64,000 nucleotides of DNA from a virus: positions 57,759 through 121,758 of the IMG/VR virus record IMGVR_UViG_3300030104_004245; one strand, given 5' to 3'. Positions 9,443 through 18,263 of this stretch are shown in pieces. The notes below the pieces were generated by a model, which did not search any database, was not told the origin of the DNA, and saw nothing but the letters and a program-made list of their open reading frames with translations. Both the position numbers and the translations under genes were made by a program. Within the stretch, counting starts at the first letter, position 1. Each line of letters begins with the position of its first letter.

Positions 9443-9835
9443 TTACTTTTTAAATTTTTCAACTGACCTACCACCAAAGTAGGCTCCAATTACTGTTATT
9501 AATACTAATTGTAGAAGATCAGTCCACTTTTCTTCTACTGTAAAGGTTAGTGCACCAGCATCAATAAAGATTAATAGCATAGTACACACAATTAAAAATA
9601 TAAGAACCATTGGTCTTACATTTTTACTCAACCAAGAATCAGAATTCATATCTGCCGTCCAGCGGTCAGTAATCTGTTTCTCCATTTGAGCTTCATGATT
9701 TAAGATAAGTTCTTTGAGCTTCCTCTTAGCTTCTTTTCTTTCATCATCTGTTGTTATTAAATCATCTAATACACCACCAACTGATTCAACCAAAGTGCTT
9801 CCGGCACCTGAAAAAATCTTCTTTAATATACTCAT
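9443..9835 (-). CDS. Holin (3TM / GTA-holin-like family)
   Basis: RWTADMNSDSWLSKNVRP followed by hydrophobic segments and GAYFGGRSVEK. Confidence 0.8.
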   Translation of the reverse strand: MSILKKIFSGAGSTLVESVGGVLDDLITTDDERKEAKRKLKELILNHEAQMEKQITDRWTADMNSDSWLSKNVRPMVLIFLIVCTMLLIFIDAGALTFTVEEKWTDLLQLVLITVIGAYFGGRSVEKFKK

Positions 9836-10732
9836 TTACAAAATACCATTTGGTCCAACACTACCTCCGTGTTTATATTTAGGTCCGCTATAAATATTTG
9901 GAGTTCTTACATTAGTCTTTTTCTTTGTCTCCTTAGGTTTAGAAATTTCTGTCTTAACATTTTTAGACATATTTTGAATTCCAGCTTCTATTTGTTCAAT
10001 ATCATCAAACTGTTTTGTATTATAAGACTTAGATGTTAAGCTTGTATCTACAGTATTAACTTTAGGTGTACTTGCATCTACTGAAGTACTAGTCTTATTT
10101 ACGTTTACTTTTGGTGTAGGAGGATTTAATCTTGCAGCTTTTTCTTCTTTAAGTTCAGTGTTATATTGCTTACCTTTCCACTCAAAATAACCCTTTTCAT
10201 CACCAATGTGAGATATACCCTTTTCAATATTCTTTTTTCTTGCTGCTTTAAAAGCATCTGAGAAAGAAGTTTCTTTCTTAACATTAGGTGTAACAACTTT
10301 TTCTGTTTCTTTCTTTGTTACTGAAGGCGGTTTAGTATTATTTTTTTGCGTATTATCCCCTTTAATCTGATCTTTTTGAACTATTTTTTGTGTATCAGTA
10401 CCTTTGTTAATCATATCATTTCTTTTTTGATTAAGAATAGGGTTTGTAGATACTTTACCAGCCATTTGCTGATTACGTGCAAAAACACTTTGATCAAAGT
10501 TAGGATCACTAGTCTTAGCTTTAAACCTTTTTATGTATTTACCTTTAGCTTTTCTTTTAATAAGATCACCAGCTCTGTTATACCTTTCTTTGGTAGTAAT
10601 CTGATTTTTCTTATCTTTAACTTTAGTTTTACGCACTGTTCCTCGGTGGTCAGTAACTGTAACTTTCTTTACACCAGTAACAGGATCTTTTTCTTTTGTT
10701 CTTTTTCTGAATACTTTTCTAAATATGCTCAT
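9836..10732 (-). CDS. Lys-rich protein with GPNGIL C-terminus
   Basis: Very basic N-terminal half, SFSDAFKAAR...FEWKGKQYNT module, ends KYKHGGSVGPNGIL. Confidence 0.75.
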   Translation of the reverse strand: MSIFRKVFRKRTKEKDPVTGVKKVTVTDHRGTVRKTKVKDKKNQITTKERYNRAGDLIKRKAKGKYIKRFKAKTSDPNFDQSVFARNQQMAGKVSTNPILNQKRNDMINKGTDTQKIVQKDQIKGDNTQKNNTKPPSVTKKETEKVVTPNVKKETSFSDAFKAARKKNIEKGISHIGDEKGYFEWKGKQYNTELKEEKAARLNPPTPKVNVNKTSTSVDASTPKVNTVDTSLTSKSYNTKQFDDIEQIEAGIQNMSKNVKTEISKPKETKKKTNVRTPNIYSGPKYKHGGSVGPNGIL

Positions 10733-10758
10733 GACAATTTAATTTAATTTATTAGTAA

Positions 10759-10968
10759 CTATAATATACCGTTAGGCCCCACAGCTCCACCACACTGGAA
10801 GCCTCCGCCACATTGTTTTTTATTTTTAGCCATTTTTTTAAAGGTTTTGGCTAAATTATACCTTTTACTTCCTGGGGGACACGTTGGGCCACCAAATTTA
10901 TCACCAGTACAAACACCTTCAGTGCCTCTTTTTTTTATACTAGCAGTAGCCTCTTGTATCCAACCCAT
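10759..10968 (-). CDS. Small basic Cys-containing protein with GPNGIL C-terminus
   Basis: WIQ.A...KRG...LAKTFKKM; ends QCGGAVGPNGIL. Confidence 0.75.
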   Translation of the reverse strand: MGWIQEATASIKKRGTEGVCTGDKFGGPTCPPGSKRYNLAKTFKKMAKNKKQCGGGFQCGGAVGPNGIL

Positions 10969-11219
10969 TATATTTCTATCTCCGAAAAGCCTAGCTTACT
11001 TAATAACCATAAAGCCGGTTCAGTTTTAAAGAATGCACATATAAAGAAATATGCAAACCCGTACCAGCATGTATATATTAAGCTTAAAATAGCACATATC
11101 ACATATAGTGCTCTTAAAGCAGTCCAAGCTCTCCAATTTTTAAAGTTTATCCATTCCAACTTTAATAAACCTTTTAAAGTTGTCCATCCGTTATTTATTA
11201 ATTCTTTTATTTTTTTCAT
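10968..11219 (-). CDS. Small membrane protein (83 aa)
   Basis: Hydrophobic central region; stop overlaps next start. Confidence 0.65.
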   Translation of the reverse strand: MKKIKELINNGWTTLKGLLKLEWINFKNWRAWTALRALYVICAILSLIYTCWYGFAYFFICAFFKTEPALWLLSKLGFSEIEI

Positions 11220-11220
11220 A

Positions 11221-11358
11221 TTATTTTATTAGTTTATCAGCAAATGGTACATCTTCATTTTGATCCAACCTGTCATCATCACACACATTAGAGTGAGATC
11301 CATCACAAGATCCATCATTGTTAGATGTTTGACCGCATATGCAATCTTTATCAATCAT
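11221..11358 (-). CDS. CDGSH-type iron-sulfur mini-protein (45 aa; not in ORF track)
   Basis: MIDKDCICGQTSNNDGSCDGSHSNVCDDD...: CxCxxT...CDGSH signature; fits exactly between neighbours. Confidence 0.75.
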   Translation of the reverse strand: MIDKDCICGQTSNNDGSCDGSHSNVCDDDRLDQNEDVPFADKLIK

Positions 11359-11586
11359 TTACTTACTTTTAAAGAATCTATCAAAAGCACCTTCTTTAAC
11401 TGTTTTTACAAAAAGTTCAAATTGATCTTTTGTAAATTCAGTATATCCTTCATCTTCTCCTCCTACCACTACTTTATCAGATTCAGTTGAGATGTCAATT
11501 GCTGGACAGCTCTTACAGCTTGCACAAAAGGTCATCTGTGATCTATGCGCAGTTACTTTTACATTTTTTAATCCTTCTAGTTCCAT
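11359..11586 (-). CDS. Small Cys-rich protein, weakly DUF397-like
   Basis: CASCKSCP followed by FTKDQFELFVKTVKEGAFD, resembling the DUF397 C-terminal helix. Confidence 0.55.
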   Translation of the reverse strand: MELEGLKNVKVTAHRSQMTFCASCKSCPAIDISTESDKVVVGGEDEGYTEFTKDQFELFVKTVKEGAFDRFFKSK

Positions 11587-11590
11587 TGGT

Positions 11591-11965
11591 TTATGCTTTC
11601 TTAAAGGTTACATATTCAACAACACATGCTGCAGTATTTGCTTGTACTTCAAGTCCATCACTAGGATTAACACAAAAGAAAGCAAACTCTCCAGGGTGTA
11701 ATATTCCCCAAACATTTCCTGCATCATTTTTTAAATCAACAAAATTAGCAGCATCTGTATTCTTAATATATACATATGTAGCATCTGTCACAGCAGCAGC
11801 TACAATAACACTTGCAGATGAGTGAGATACAGAAACACTACTTCCTGTTACACCAGCATCATCAAATGATAATACATCACTAGGGTTAGCATCAATTTCA
11901 AATACTCCATTGACTCTAGCATCAGAGGTTATACTAAGACTTACATTTAGTGCTTGTGTTGCCAT
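11591..11965 (-). CDS. ~120-aa beta-rich putative virion protein, paralog 1
   Basis: YVYIKNTD...LHPGEFAFF...VEY shared with 16708-17073 and 17870-18241. Confidence 0.75.
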   Translation of the reverse strand: MATQALNVSLSITSDARVNGVFEIDANPSDVLSFDDAGVTGSSVSVSHSSASVIVAAAVTDATYVYIKNTDAANFVDLKNDAGNVWGILHPGEFAFFCVNPSDGLEVQANTAACVVEYVTFKKA

Positions 11966-12114
11966 TATATTTCAAATCCAAAATTTAATATCATGAACCT
12001 AAACTTTACGCCCGGGTTCCATTTTACTTGTATTAGGGTAAAATACCCTACTCTATGCGTTATTTCAATAATATTTTTCTTATTGCCTTCACGCCAACTG
12101 TTTATCCAGTTCAT
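11965..12114 (-). CDS. Small hypothetical protein (49 aa; not in ORF track)
   Basis: MNWINSWREGNKKNIIEITHRVGYFTLIQVKWNPGVKFRFMILNFGFEI; stop overlaps next start, and it lies directly downstream of the 12132 motif. Confidence 0.7.
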   Translation of the reverse strand: MNWINSWREGNKKNIIEITHRVGYFTLIQVKWNPGVKFRFMILNFGFEI

Positions 12115-12131
12115 AGTTTTACGTTATTGGT

Positions 12132-12146
12132 TATATTATAATATAC
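12132..12146 (-). promoter_or_regulatory. Candidate phage late promoter (GTATATTATAATATA)
   Basis: Same motif in intergenic gaps at 18800, 25043 and 60305, each shortly upstream of a minus-strand start codon. Confidence 0.65.
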
Positions 12147-12163
12147 AAAAAAAATACTAGAAA

Positions 12164-13222
12164 TTAAAGTATGATGTAGTTTATTCCAAACTTGAAATCA
12201 TGCCAGTCCCTGTTCCAATATTTGTTGTATTTACCTTCAACAAAGACACCAAGGTTCTTATTTATCTTATATCCAAAGATTAATCCCCCTGAATAATCTA
12301 TCCAATTGCCTCCATTGAAGTTATGGTATGAATAGTTTCCTCCAGTATTAAGATGATAAGGAAGTATGTTGGCCCATGAGTGTAGCCAGATCTTTTTAGT
12401 GTAATAGTAATAGTCTGCACCAATCACTACAGAGTGACACCATTGCACCGGTAATGCATCTTTACTTGATTTAACATAGTCATTAAGAACTTGTGGTATA
12501 ACAACCTCTTCCCAAATTTCTGAGCTTGTAGCTACAACAGCTCCACTAGGGTCATAATAACTTATTCCTGTTGGGTCAAACCCAATTGAATATCCTTCCT
12601 CTAAAGCAAGGCTTGTGTAATGTAGGTTCCCGTTGGATAACACCCATTCTGCTAAAGGATCAAACCCATATGGTTCAGATATTCGTTGTGCAATTCCTGC
12701 AGTAAGTGATAATCTTTTTCCAAGTTTATGTCTGTATCGTTGAGACGCTTCCATGTATTCTACATCAGCAAAACCATCTTGTAAGTACTCTACCTTAACA
12801 ACCCATTTGTCTGCTAAGTATCGTAAGAAATGATGTTGGTCTATATATGTATTTCCAAACCTTCTTGAATAATCTGCTTCAAATAAAAACTCAAAACCTT
12901 TAGTTCGTCCTATTGTGGCTCCATCAGAATAAGATGATTCAGTTCCATCTTTAAAACTCTTAGCCTTGTTTTCGTATCCAAATCTCTGTATCTTTCTTAT
13001 ACCTAGGGTAAGTGCGTAATCAAAAGGAGTTTCTACTATATCTGTTTCTAAACCGTTAGTAACAGAATATACATCTACATCAGAAATGGATGTACCACCG
13101 TTAACTGCAGCATAAAATGTAGAAAACTTGAAAGTCTTTTTAAGTTCTTTCTTAAACTTACTTTCTTCTTGTGCGTTTATCGTAAATGATAGGAGTAATA
13201 GTATATAAAGCAGTGCTTTCAT
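12164..13222 (-). CDS. Signal-peptide protein, predicted outer-membrane beta-barrel
   Basis: N-terminal MKALLYILLLLSFTINAQ signal; alternating aromatic/hydrophobic strands; C-terminal GLIFGYKINKNLGVFVEGKY...FKFGINYIIL. Confidence 0.7.
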   Translation of the reverse strand: MKALLYILLLLSFTINAQEESKFKKELKKTFKFSTFYAAVNGGTSISDVDVYSVTNGLETDIVETPFDYALTLGIRKIQRFGYENKAKSFKDGTESSYSDGATIGRTKGFEFLFEADYSRRFGNTYIDQHHFLRYLADKWVVKVEYLQDGFADVEYMEASQRYRHKLGKRLSLTAGIAQRISEPYGFDPLAEWVLSNGNLHYTSLALEEGYSIGFDPTGISYYDPSGAVVATSSEIWEEVVIPQVLNDYVKSSKDALPVQWCHSVVIGADYYYYTKKIWLHSWANILPYHLNTGGNYSYHNFNGGNWIDYSGGLIFGYKINKNLGVFVEGKYNKYWNRDWHDFKFGINYIIL

Positions 13223-16200
13223 TATAATTTGATTATCTTTTTAGTTATTCGTATTTTATCATATGTAATAATCAGATTATACATTCCGTTAGGGTAATCT
13301 GATAAATCTATTCTCTTTATATTGTCTATATTAATAATTTCTCCTATCATATTATATAGTTCTACATCAACATTTAATCTTGTTTCTATAGTAAATGTAT
13401 TTGCTGTAGGATTAGGATAAACAGCTATATCACTACCTGATAATTCATCTATATTAACAGGCCAACCATCTTCACAATAGTTATACATAGACTGACAAGT
13501 TTCATCCCATATAGAAGTACAACAATAACTATCTATATCTATAACCCAAGCATAGCAAGGATCATTTAACCAATAAGGTTCACCCGGTCCACCATAACAA
13601 CCAGCATCATAAAGACAAGTAGAATTATCTGGTAAATTAACCAAAGGATCATAGTTGTATGCATTAGGATCTGCACATCCTTCTATAACTTCAATACATG
13701 ACCCATCATCATAACAGGCATTTATGTTATAATTTAATGCAGCTGAGTCAGTACAACCACTAACATAACAACACGGTACATCAGGATCTAAAGTATTTGC
13801 AGAAGCATCATAATTAAGAGCATCTGAATCAATACAACCATATGCAAAGTCTATACAACTTTCATTATCTACATTAGCTAGTTCATTATAGTTAAAAGAA
13901 TTAGGATCTGTACATCCATATACTGGATCAATACAACTAAAATCATCTAAATTAGCCAGCTCATTATAATTAAGAGCATTTGGATCAGTACAACCTTCTA
14001 TTATTTCTATACATGAATCATTGTCTGTATTAGCTAATTCATTGTAATTTAACGCATTAGGATCTGTGCAACCGTATATATAATCTACACATGAAAAATC
14101 ATCAACGTTTGCATTTTCATTATAATTTATAGCTGTACTGTCTGTGCAACCATAAACAATAGCAATACAAGAGCCATTATCTGTATTTGCTAGCTCATTA
14201 TAGTTTAAAGCAGTACTATCAGTACATCCGTATACTATGTCTATACAACTGCCATCTTCTACATTTGCATTTTCATTGTAATTAAGTGCTGCAGAATCTG
14301 TACATCCTGTTACTATTGCAATACATGACCCATTATCTGTGTTAGCGAATGCATCATAATTTAGTGCAGTAGAATCTGTACAACCAAATGTAACTGGTAC
14401 ACAAGAACCGTTATCTGTGTTAGCAGTTTCATCATAATTAAACGCTACTGGATCTGTACATCCATAAACTATACCTATACAACTACCGTCATTATCAGTT
14501 GCTTCTGGATTGTAGTTAATAGCAGCTACACTAGTACAACCTAGTATTTCAAGCTCATCACATACTCCGTCTGCGTCAGCATCATTTATACATATATCAC
14601 TACAGTTATAGTAATCATCAGGATAAGTACAACCTCCACTATCTGCATTAGCATTAGCATTATAGTTACATGCATTAATATCTGTACATCCTAAGTATAT
14701 ACAATCACCACCATCTGTATTAGCATCCTCATTATAATTCCAAGCTATCTCATCCATACATCCAACAACTACAGCTTCACATGACCCATCATCATAGTTA
14801 GCTTCTTCGTCATAGTTGAAAGCTAATTCATTAGTACAACCCTCTATAATCTCTATACAACTACCGTCATCTGTATTAGCCTCTTCGTTATAGTTCAGTG
14901 CTGTAGCATCTAAACAACCTTCTACTGTAGGAATACAGAGTGTACCACAGAAAGGCATTGCTTGATATGTTTGAAAGAATGGAGGTTCAAAAGCTTGAAG
15001 TGCACCTTGACCATTATCTGCAAAAGGATTCCATCCTTCATATAATAACACAGTCCCATTGTCATTAGTTAACTTAAATGAATTATGTAGTGTTTGAAAA
15101 GCCACTTCTTCTGGAGGAGTTTGTGCTCCACCTACTTCAAAGTAAAATATTTTTACAGGTTTATCTGTTTCTAACCAAATAGGAAAAGTTTGTTCATATT
15201 CTCCTGGACCCATTGTAAATGTCCATTGATTGTCACCTTGTACAACTCCTAAGAATGAATTACCCCAACCATCAGCAGCTGCATCTCCTATCCACAGTTC
15301 ATAGTTACAATTAGGATATATATCCATTGCTGTTGCATTCTCATCATAGTTAAAGGCATTTTCATTTATACAACCGTATATATGCTCTGTAACACATGAG
15401 TAATCATCTATAACAGCTTCTGGATTAAATTCTTGATATGCTGGATCAGTACATCCTGCAACATCATCTGTCTCACATATAATAGCTTGTTGCCATCCTG
15501 AATAAGCTACACTACCAAAACCAACTCCTACATTTTCTTGTGCTGCATTTAACCAGGTTCCAGAAGATAGTTGAGTTATTGTATCTCCATTACAGCCTCT
15601 AATAAGAACATCTCCATCTAAGTTACCACCTGAAGTAGAACCTGCTAGTCCATCACCATATGTATCTGATATGATAAATTCAAATCCAGCTTCCATTACA
15701 CAATAAGAATATGAAAATGTTTGACCTATATCTTGATAGTCATAATCTCCATCAGCATGTTCATCTATTACACCACCACTAATTATTGACCATCCTGTTT
15801 CACCTGGCCAGTTATCTAGAGTTATATCTACTGTTATAGAAGTGTATCCTGCATCACATGCTTGACCTCCACAAGATCCGTCATCTACTGTAGCCCATGG
15901 ATTATAATTAGGAGCATTATCATCTGTACATCCTTGTGTACATGGATATGGTGTATGAAATAATGTATCTGACATAGTACTATCAGCAAACATTGCTTGG
16001 AATGAATATTCTTCTTCCCAGTTAGGAGGCATCTGACCATTACCAGTATAAACACCCCATATACCATTGTCTATATCAACATCAAAGTTGTAAGAATTAG
16101 TATTTTCACCGCTATAAGTTATTTGAATTACATTACAATTAGGATTATCTGAAGCTTCCCAATTCCAATAAAGAAGTGCTTGACCACCATCACATATTTG

Positions 16201-16704
16201 ATCTACAAAAGGCTCACCCCAACCTTCACATGGTGGATATTCACACAAAGACTGATCATTTACATCAGCATCTGGGTTATAGTTTGTTGCGTTTTCATCC
16301 ATACAATCAATTACTGCAGGCTCTGGAGGAGCACAGGGAGCAATTGTAAGAGACTCAATTAAACCCATACCGTAATCACCTTCTACAAAAAATAAAGTGT
16401 CTTGACACTCATTAGTTATTAGACACCAACCATCTTCAGGATATGATAAACCATCACCCCATGAATCCATTAATTGAAATGTATAATCTCCTGAATTTAA
16501 TTCTATAAATTCATATGCATTAGGTTGTCCTTCTGAATAAAAACCTGTATCAACAGAAATAGTATCAGTAGAGCTATAAAAACCCCATGATACTTCTTCA
16601 GCATACCCATCAAATTGAAACTCCATTTCAATCCATGAGTCATTAGATTGTGAGTACGCTATACTTGATAGCATACACACAATCAATATTATATACCTAG
16701 TCAT
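13222..16704 (-). CDS. Secreted Cys/Asp-repeat protein with T9SS type A C-terminal sorting domain
   Basis: Sec signal peptide; about 20 GCTDxxAxNYNxxAxxDDGSC repeats; DxxGDG-containing beta domains; C-terminal VYPNPT...LYNMIG...IDLSDYPNGMY...KKIIKL. Confidence 0.88.
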   Translation of the reverse strand: MTRYIILIVCMLSSIAYSQSNDSWIEMEFQFDGYAEEVSWGFYSSTDTISVDTGFYSEGQPNAYEFIELNSGDYTFQLMDSWGDGLSYPEDGWCLITNECQDTLFFVEGDYGMGLIESLTIAPCAPPEPAVIDCMDENATNYNPDADVNDQSLCEYPPCEGWGEPFVDQICDGGQALLYWNWEASDNPNCNVIQITYSGENTNSYNFDVDIDNGIWGVYTGNGQMPPNWEEEYSFQAMFADSTMSDTLFHTPYPCTQGCTDDNAPNYNPWATVDDGSCGGQACDAGYTSITVDITLDNWPGETGWSIISGGVIDEHADGDYDYQDIGQTFSYSYCVMEAGFEFIISDTYGDGLAGSTSGGNLDGDVLIRGCNGDTITQLSSGTWLNAAQENVGVGFGSVAYSGWQQAIICETDDVAGCTDPAYQEFNPEAVIDDYSCVTEHIYGCINENAFNYDENATAMDIYPNCNYELWIGDAAADGWGNSFLGVVQGDNQWTFTMGPGEYEQTFPIWLETDKPVKIFYFEVGGAQTPPEEVAFQTLHNSFKLTNDNGTVLLYEGWNPFADNGQGALQAFEPPFFQTYQAMPFCGTLCIPTVEGCLDATALNYNEEANTDDGSCIEIIEGCTNELAFNYDEEANYDDGSCEAVVVGCMDEIAWNYNEDANTDGGDCIYLGCTDINACNYNANANADSGGCTYPDDYYNCSDICINDADADGVCDELEILGCTSVAAINYNPEATDNDGSCIGIVYGCTDPVAFNYDETANTDNGSCVPVTFGCTDSTALNYDAFANTDNGSCIAIVTGCTDSAALNYNENANVEDGSCIDIVYGCTDSTALNYNELANTDNGSCIAIVYGCTDSTAINYNENANVDDFSCVDYIYGCTDPNALNYNELANTDNDSCIEIIEGCTDPNALNYNELANLDDFSCIDPVYGCTDPNSFNYNELANVDNESCIDFAYGCIDSDALNYDASANTLDPDVPCCYVSGCTDSAALNYNINACYDDGSCIEVIEGCADPNAYNYDPLVNLPDNSTCLYDAGCYGGPGEPYWLNDPCYAWVIDIDSYCCTSIWDETCQSMYNYCEDGWPVNIDELSGSDIAVYPNPTANTFTIETRLNVDVELYNMIGEIINIDNIKRIDLSDYPNGMYNLIITYDKIRITKKIIKL
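13620..14925 (-). repeat. Degenerate ~78-bp (26-aa) tandem coding repeats
   Basis: About 16 near-consecutive GCTD...NY...DxxSC units with synonymous divergence; boundaries approximate. Confidence 0.85.
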
Positions 16705-16707
16705 GTC

Positions 16708-17073
16708 CTAAGTCTTAGCAAAGTAAGCGTATTCTACCAAAACGTCATGTCCAGAACCGTGAACAGACATACCTGTACCTGCAGGCCATGGGAAAAAAGC
16801 AAACTCACCTGGTCCTAACTGCGCAACTTCTGTTCCAGCAGCAAGTTCAAGTGCAACAGAATTACTTCCATCTGTATTTTTAGCATATACATAAACTACA
16901 GGTGTAACTGTAGCTGGAAAAACTGCAACTGCAGCTGATGATGTAGCTAAAACTGATCCTGAATTTACCAAAGGCTTGTTTACAGTAAGATCTTTGCTTA
17001 ACGTTAAAGATAACGCTTCATTACTTACTGTATCTTGACTTCCTAAAGTTATAGTAGCTGTTAATGTAGCCAT
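16708..17073 (-). CDS. ~120-aa beta-rich putative virion protein, paralog 2
   Basis: YVYAKNTD...LGPGEFAFFP...VEY. Confidence 0.75.
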   Translation of the reverse strand: MATLTATITLGSQDTVSNEALSLTLSKDLTVNKPLVNSGSVLATSSAAVAVFPATVTPVVYVYAKNTDGSNSVALELAAGTEVAQLGPGEFAFFPWPAGTGMSVHGSGHDVLVEYAYFAKT

Positions 17074-17119
17074 AATTTAATTCTTTTAAATATTAATATT
17101 AATTGTCAATAGGTTTTTT

Positions 17120-17209
17120 TTATTTTTTACAGCATGATTTACCACACCATTTCATACATATAGTATTAAAACTAACTGTACATAATAATTTACATAATAA
17201 TTTTTTCAT
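17120..17209 (-). CDS. Cys-rich micropeptide (29 aa; not in ORF track)
   Basis: MKKLLCKLLCTVSFNTICMKWCGKSCCKK starts 1 nt after the upstream stop. Confidence 0.5.
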   Translation of the reverse strand: MKKLLCKLLCTVSFNTICMKWCGKSCCKK

Positions 17210-17210
17210 T

Positions 17211-17579
17211 TTAAAATTTGTTTGCAACTAGTTTATCTATTTCTTTTTGAACTTTAACTGGAGTTTTTTCTGGACATAAACTAAAAGTTATATCTCCTTC
17301 AAACCTTTCTATTTCTTCTCCTTCATCAAATATAACAACTGTAGGCAATACAGTTACTTTATTTTTTTTAGCTGCATCTGTACTAAGATCTACTCTGTAT
17401 ACTTCTGCATCTGCTATATTCTCTAACCAAACACATTCATTTTTTGAATTCCAATCAGCCCAAAACTCTACAACAGTTACACCTTCTTGAGACATATCAA
17501 AATCTTTATCTGTGAGCATCTGCTGACCGTTACAAACTGCTGATAAACAAAACAATAATGTTATCAAGAGCCATTTCAT
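17211..17579 (-). CDS. Exported thioredoxin-fold protein lacking CxxC
   Basis: Signal peptide; VVEFWADWN in place of WCxxC, VTVLPTVVIF (cis-Pro motif), GEEIERFEG. Confidence 0.75.
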   Translation of the reverse strand: MKWLLITLLFCLSAVCNGQQMLTDKDFDMSQEGVTVVEFWADWNSKNECVWLENIADAEVYRVDLSTDAAKKNKVTVLPTVVIFDEGEEIERFEGDITFSLCPEKTPVKVQKEIDKLVANKF

Positions 17580-17857
17580 TTTAAGTCATCTATTTTATCC
17601 TCTATCCTAATTAAACGGTTTTCTAAAGAGTTTACTTTATCCTCAGTATTCTTTATAGAAAGTCTAATGTTTTCATCCTTCATCTGAAATTCCATTCTTG
17701 TTACTTCAGGATCAGGAGGCATTGGTAATTCTTTAGCTTCTGCTATATCAGCTTGTAGCATAAACCACATACTAATAATAGTAGTCATTCCAAAACCTAT
17801 ACCTATAAGAGTTTTAATACTAACTTTAAATCCAGTATCTTCATTTAATTCTTTCAT
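17576..17857 (-). CDS. Single-TM plus coiled-coil protein
   Basis: One hydrophobic segment followed by a heptad-like C-terminus (LENRLIRIEDKID). Confidence 0.7.
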   Translation of the reverse strand: MKELNEDTGFKVSIKTLIGIGFGMTTIISMWFMLQADIAEAKELPMPPDPEVTRMEFQMKDENIRLSIKNTEDKVNSLENRLIRIEDKIDDLK

Positions 17858-17869
17858 AATTTAAAAGAA

Positions 17870-18241
17870 TTAAGAAGTGAATATACCCCACTCTAATGTC
17901 ATGTTAGCCTGAGAACCAAATACTGCAACATCACCTGTACCAGTCCATGGAATCCATGTAAATTCTCCTGCTTTTAATATTGATATAGCTGTACCATCTG
18001 GAATTTCAATAGTAATAGTATTACCACCTGTATCTTTATTTCTCATATAGATATATGCAGGTGTAGTATAATTTGCTGCTAGTGCTACTACTCTTGCTGT
18101 ACCAGTGTTAACTGCAGTTGTTAAATCAATTGTAGAAACACCACCAACACCAACAGTTAGAAGATTCTCTACTGTTATAGACATATCATCTGTTGTTACA
18201 TTAGGACTAGTTAAAACTAGTTTTGCTGTTACGCTTGCCAT
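17870..18241 (-). CDS. ~120-aa beta-rich putative virion protein, paralog 3
   Basis: YIYMRNKD...LKAGEFTWIP...LEW. Confidence 0.75.
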   Translation of the reverse strand: MASVTAKLVLTSPNVTTDDMSITVENLLTVGVGGVSTIDLTTAVNTGTARVVALAANYTTPAYIYMRNKDTGGNTITIEIPDGTAISILKAGEFTWIPWTGTGDVAVFGSQANMTLEWGIFTS

Positions 18242-18263
18242 AATTTCAAAATTTATTAATTAA

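Noticed and set aside
13620-14925. Regular ~78-bp periodicity resembling a CRISPR array
   Set aside because: Units are degenerate at synonymous positions and encode in-frame GCTD protein repeats; there are no identical repeats with unique spacers.
12164-17579. Host chromosomal DNA or a prophage boundary at the T9SS/barrel genes
   Set aside because: Same strand and similar base composition as neighbours, tight gene coupling, interleaved phage paralogs and flanking late-type motifs; no integrase or housekeeping genes. Read-level confirmation is still advisable.
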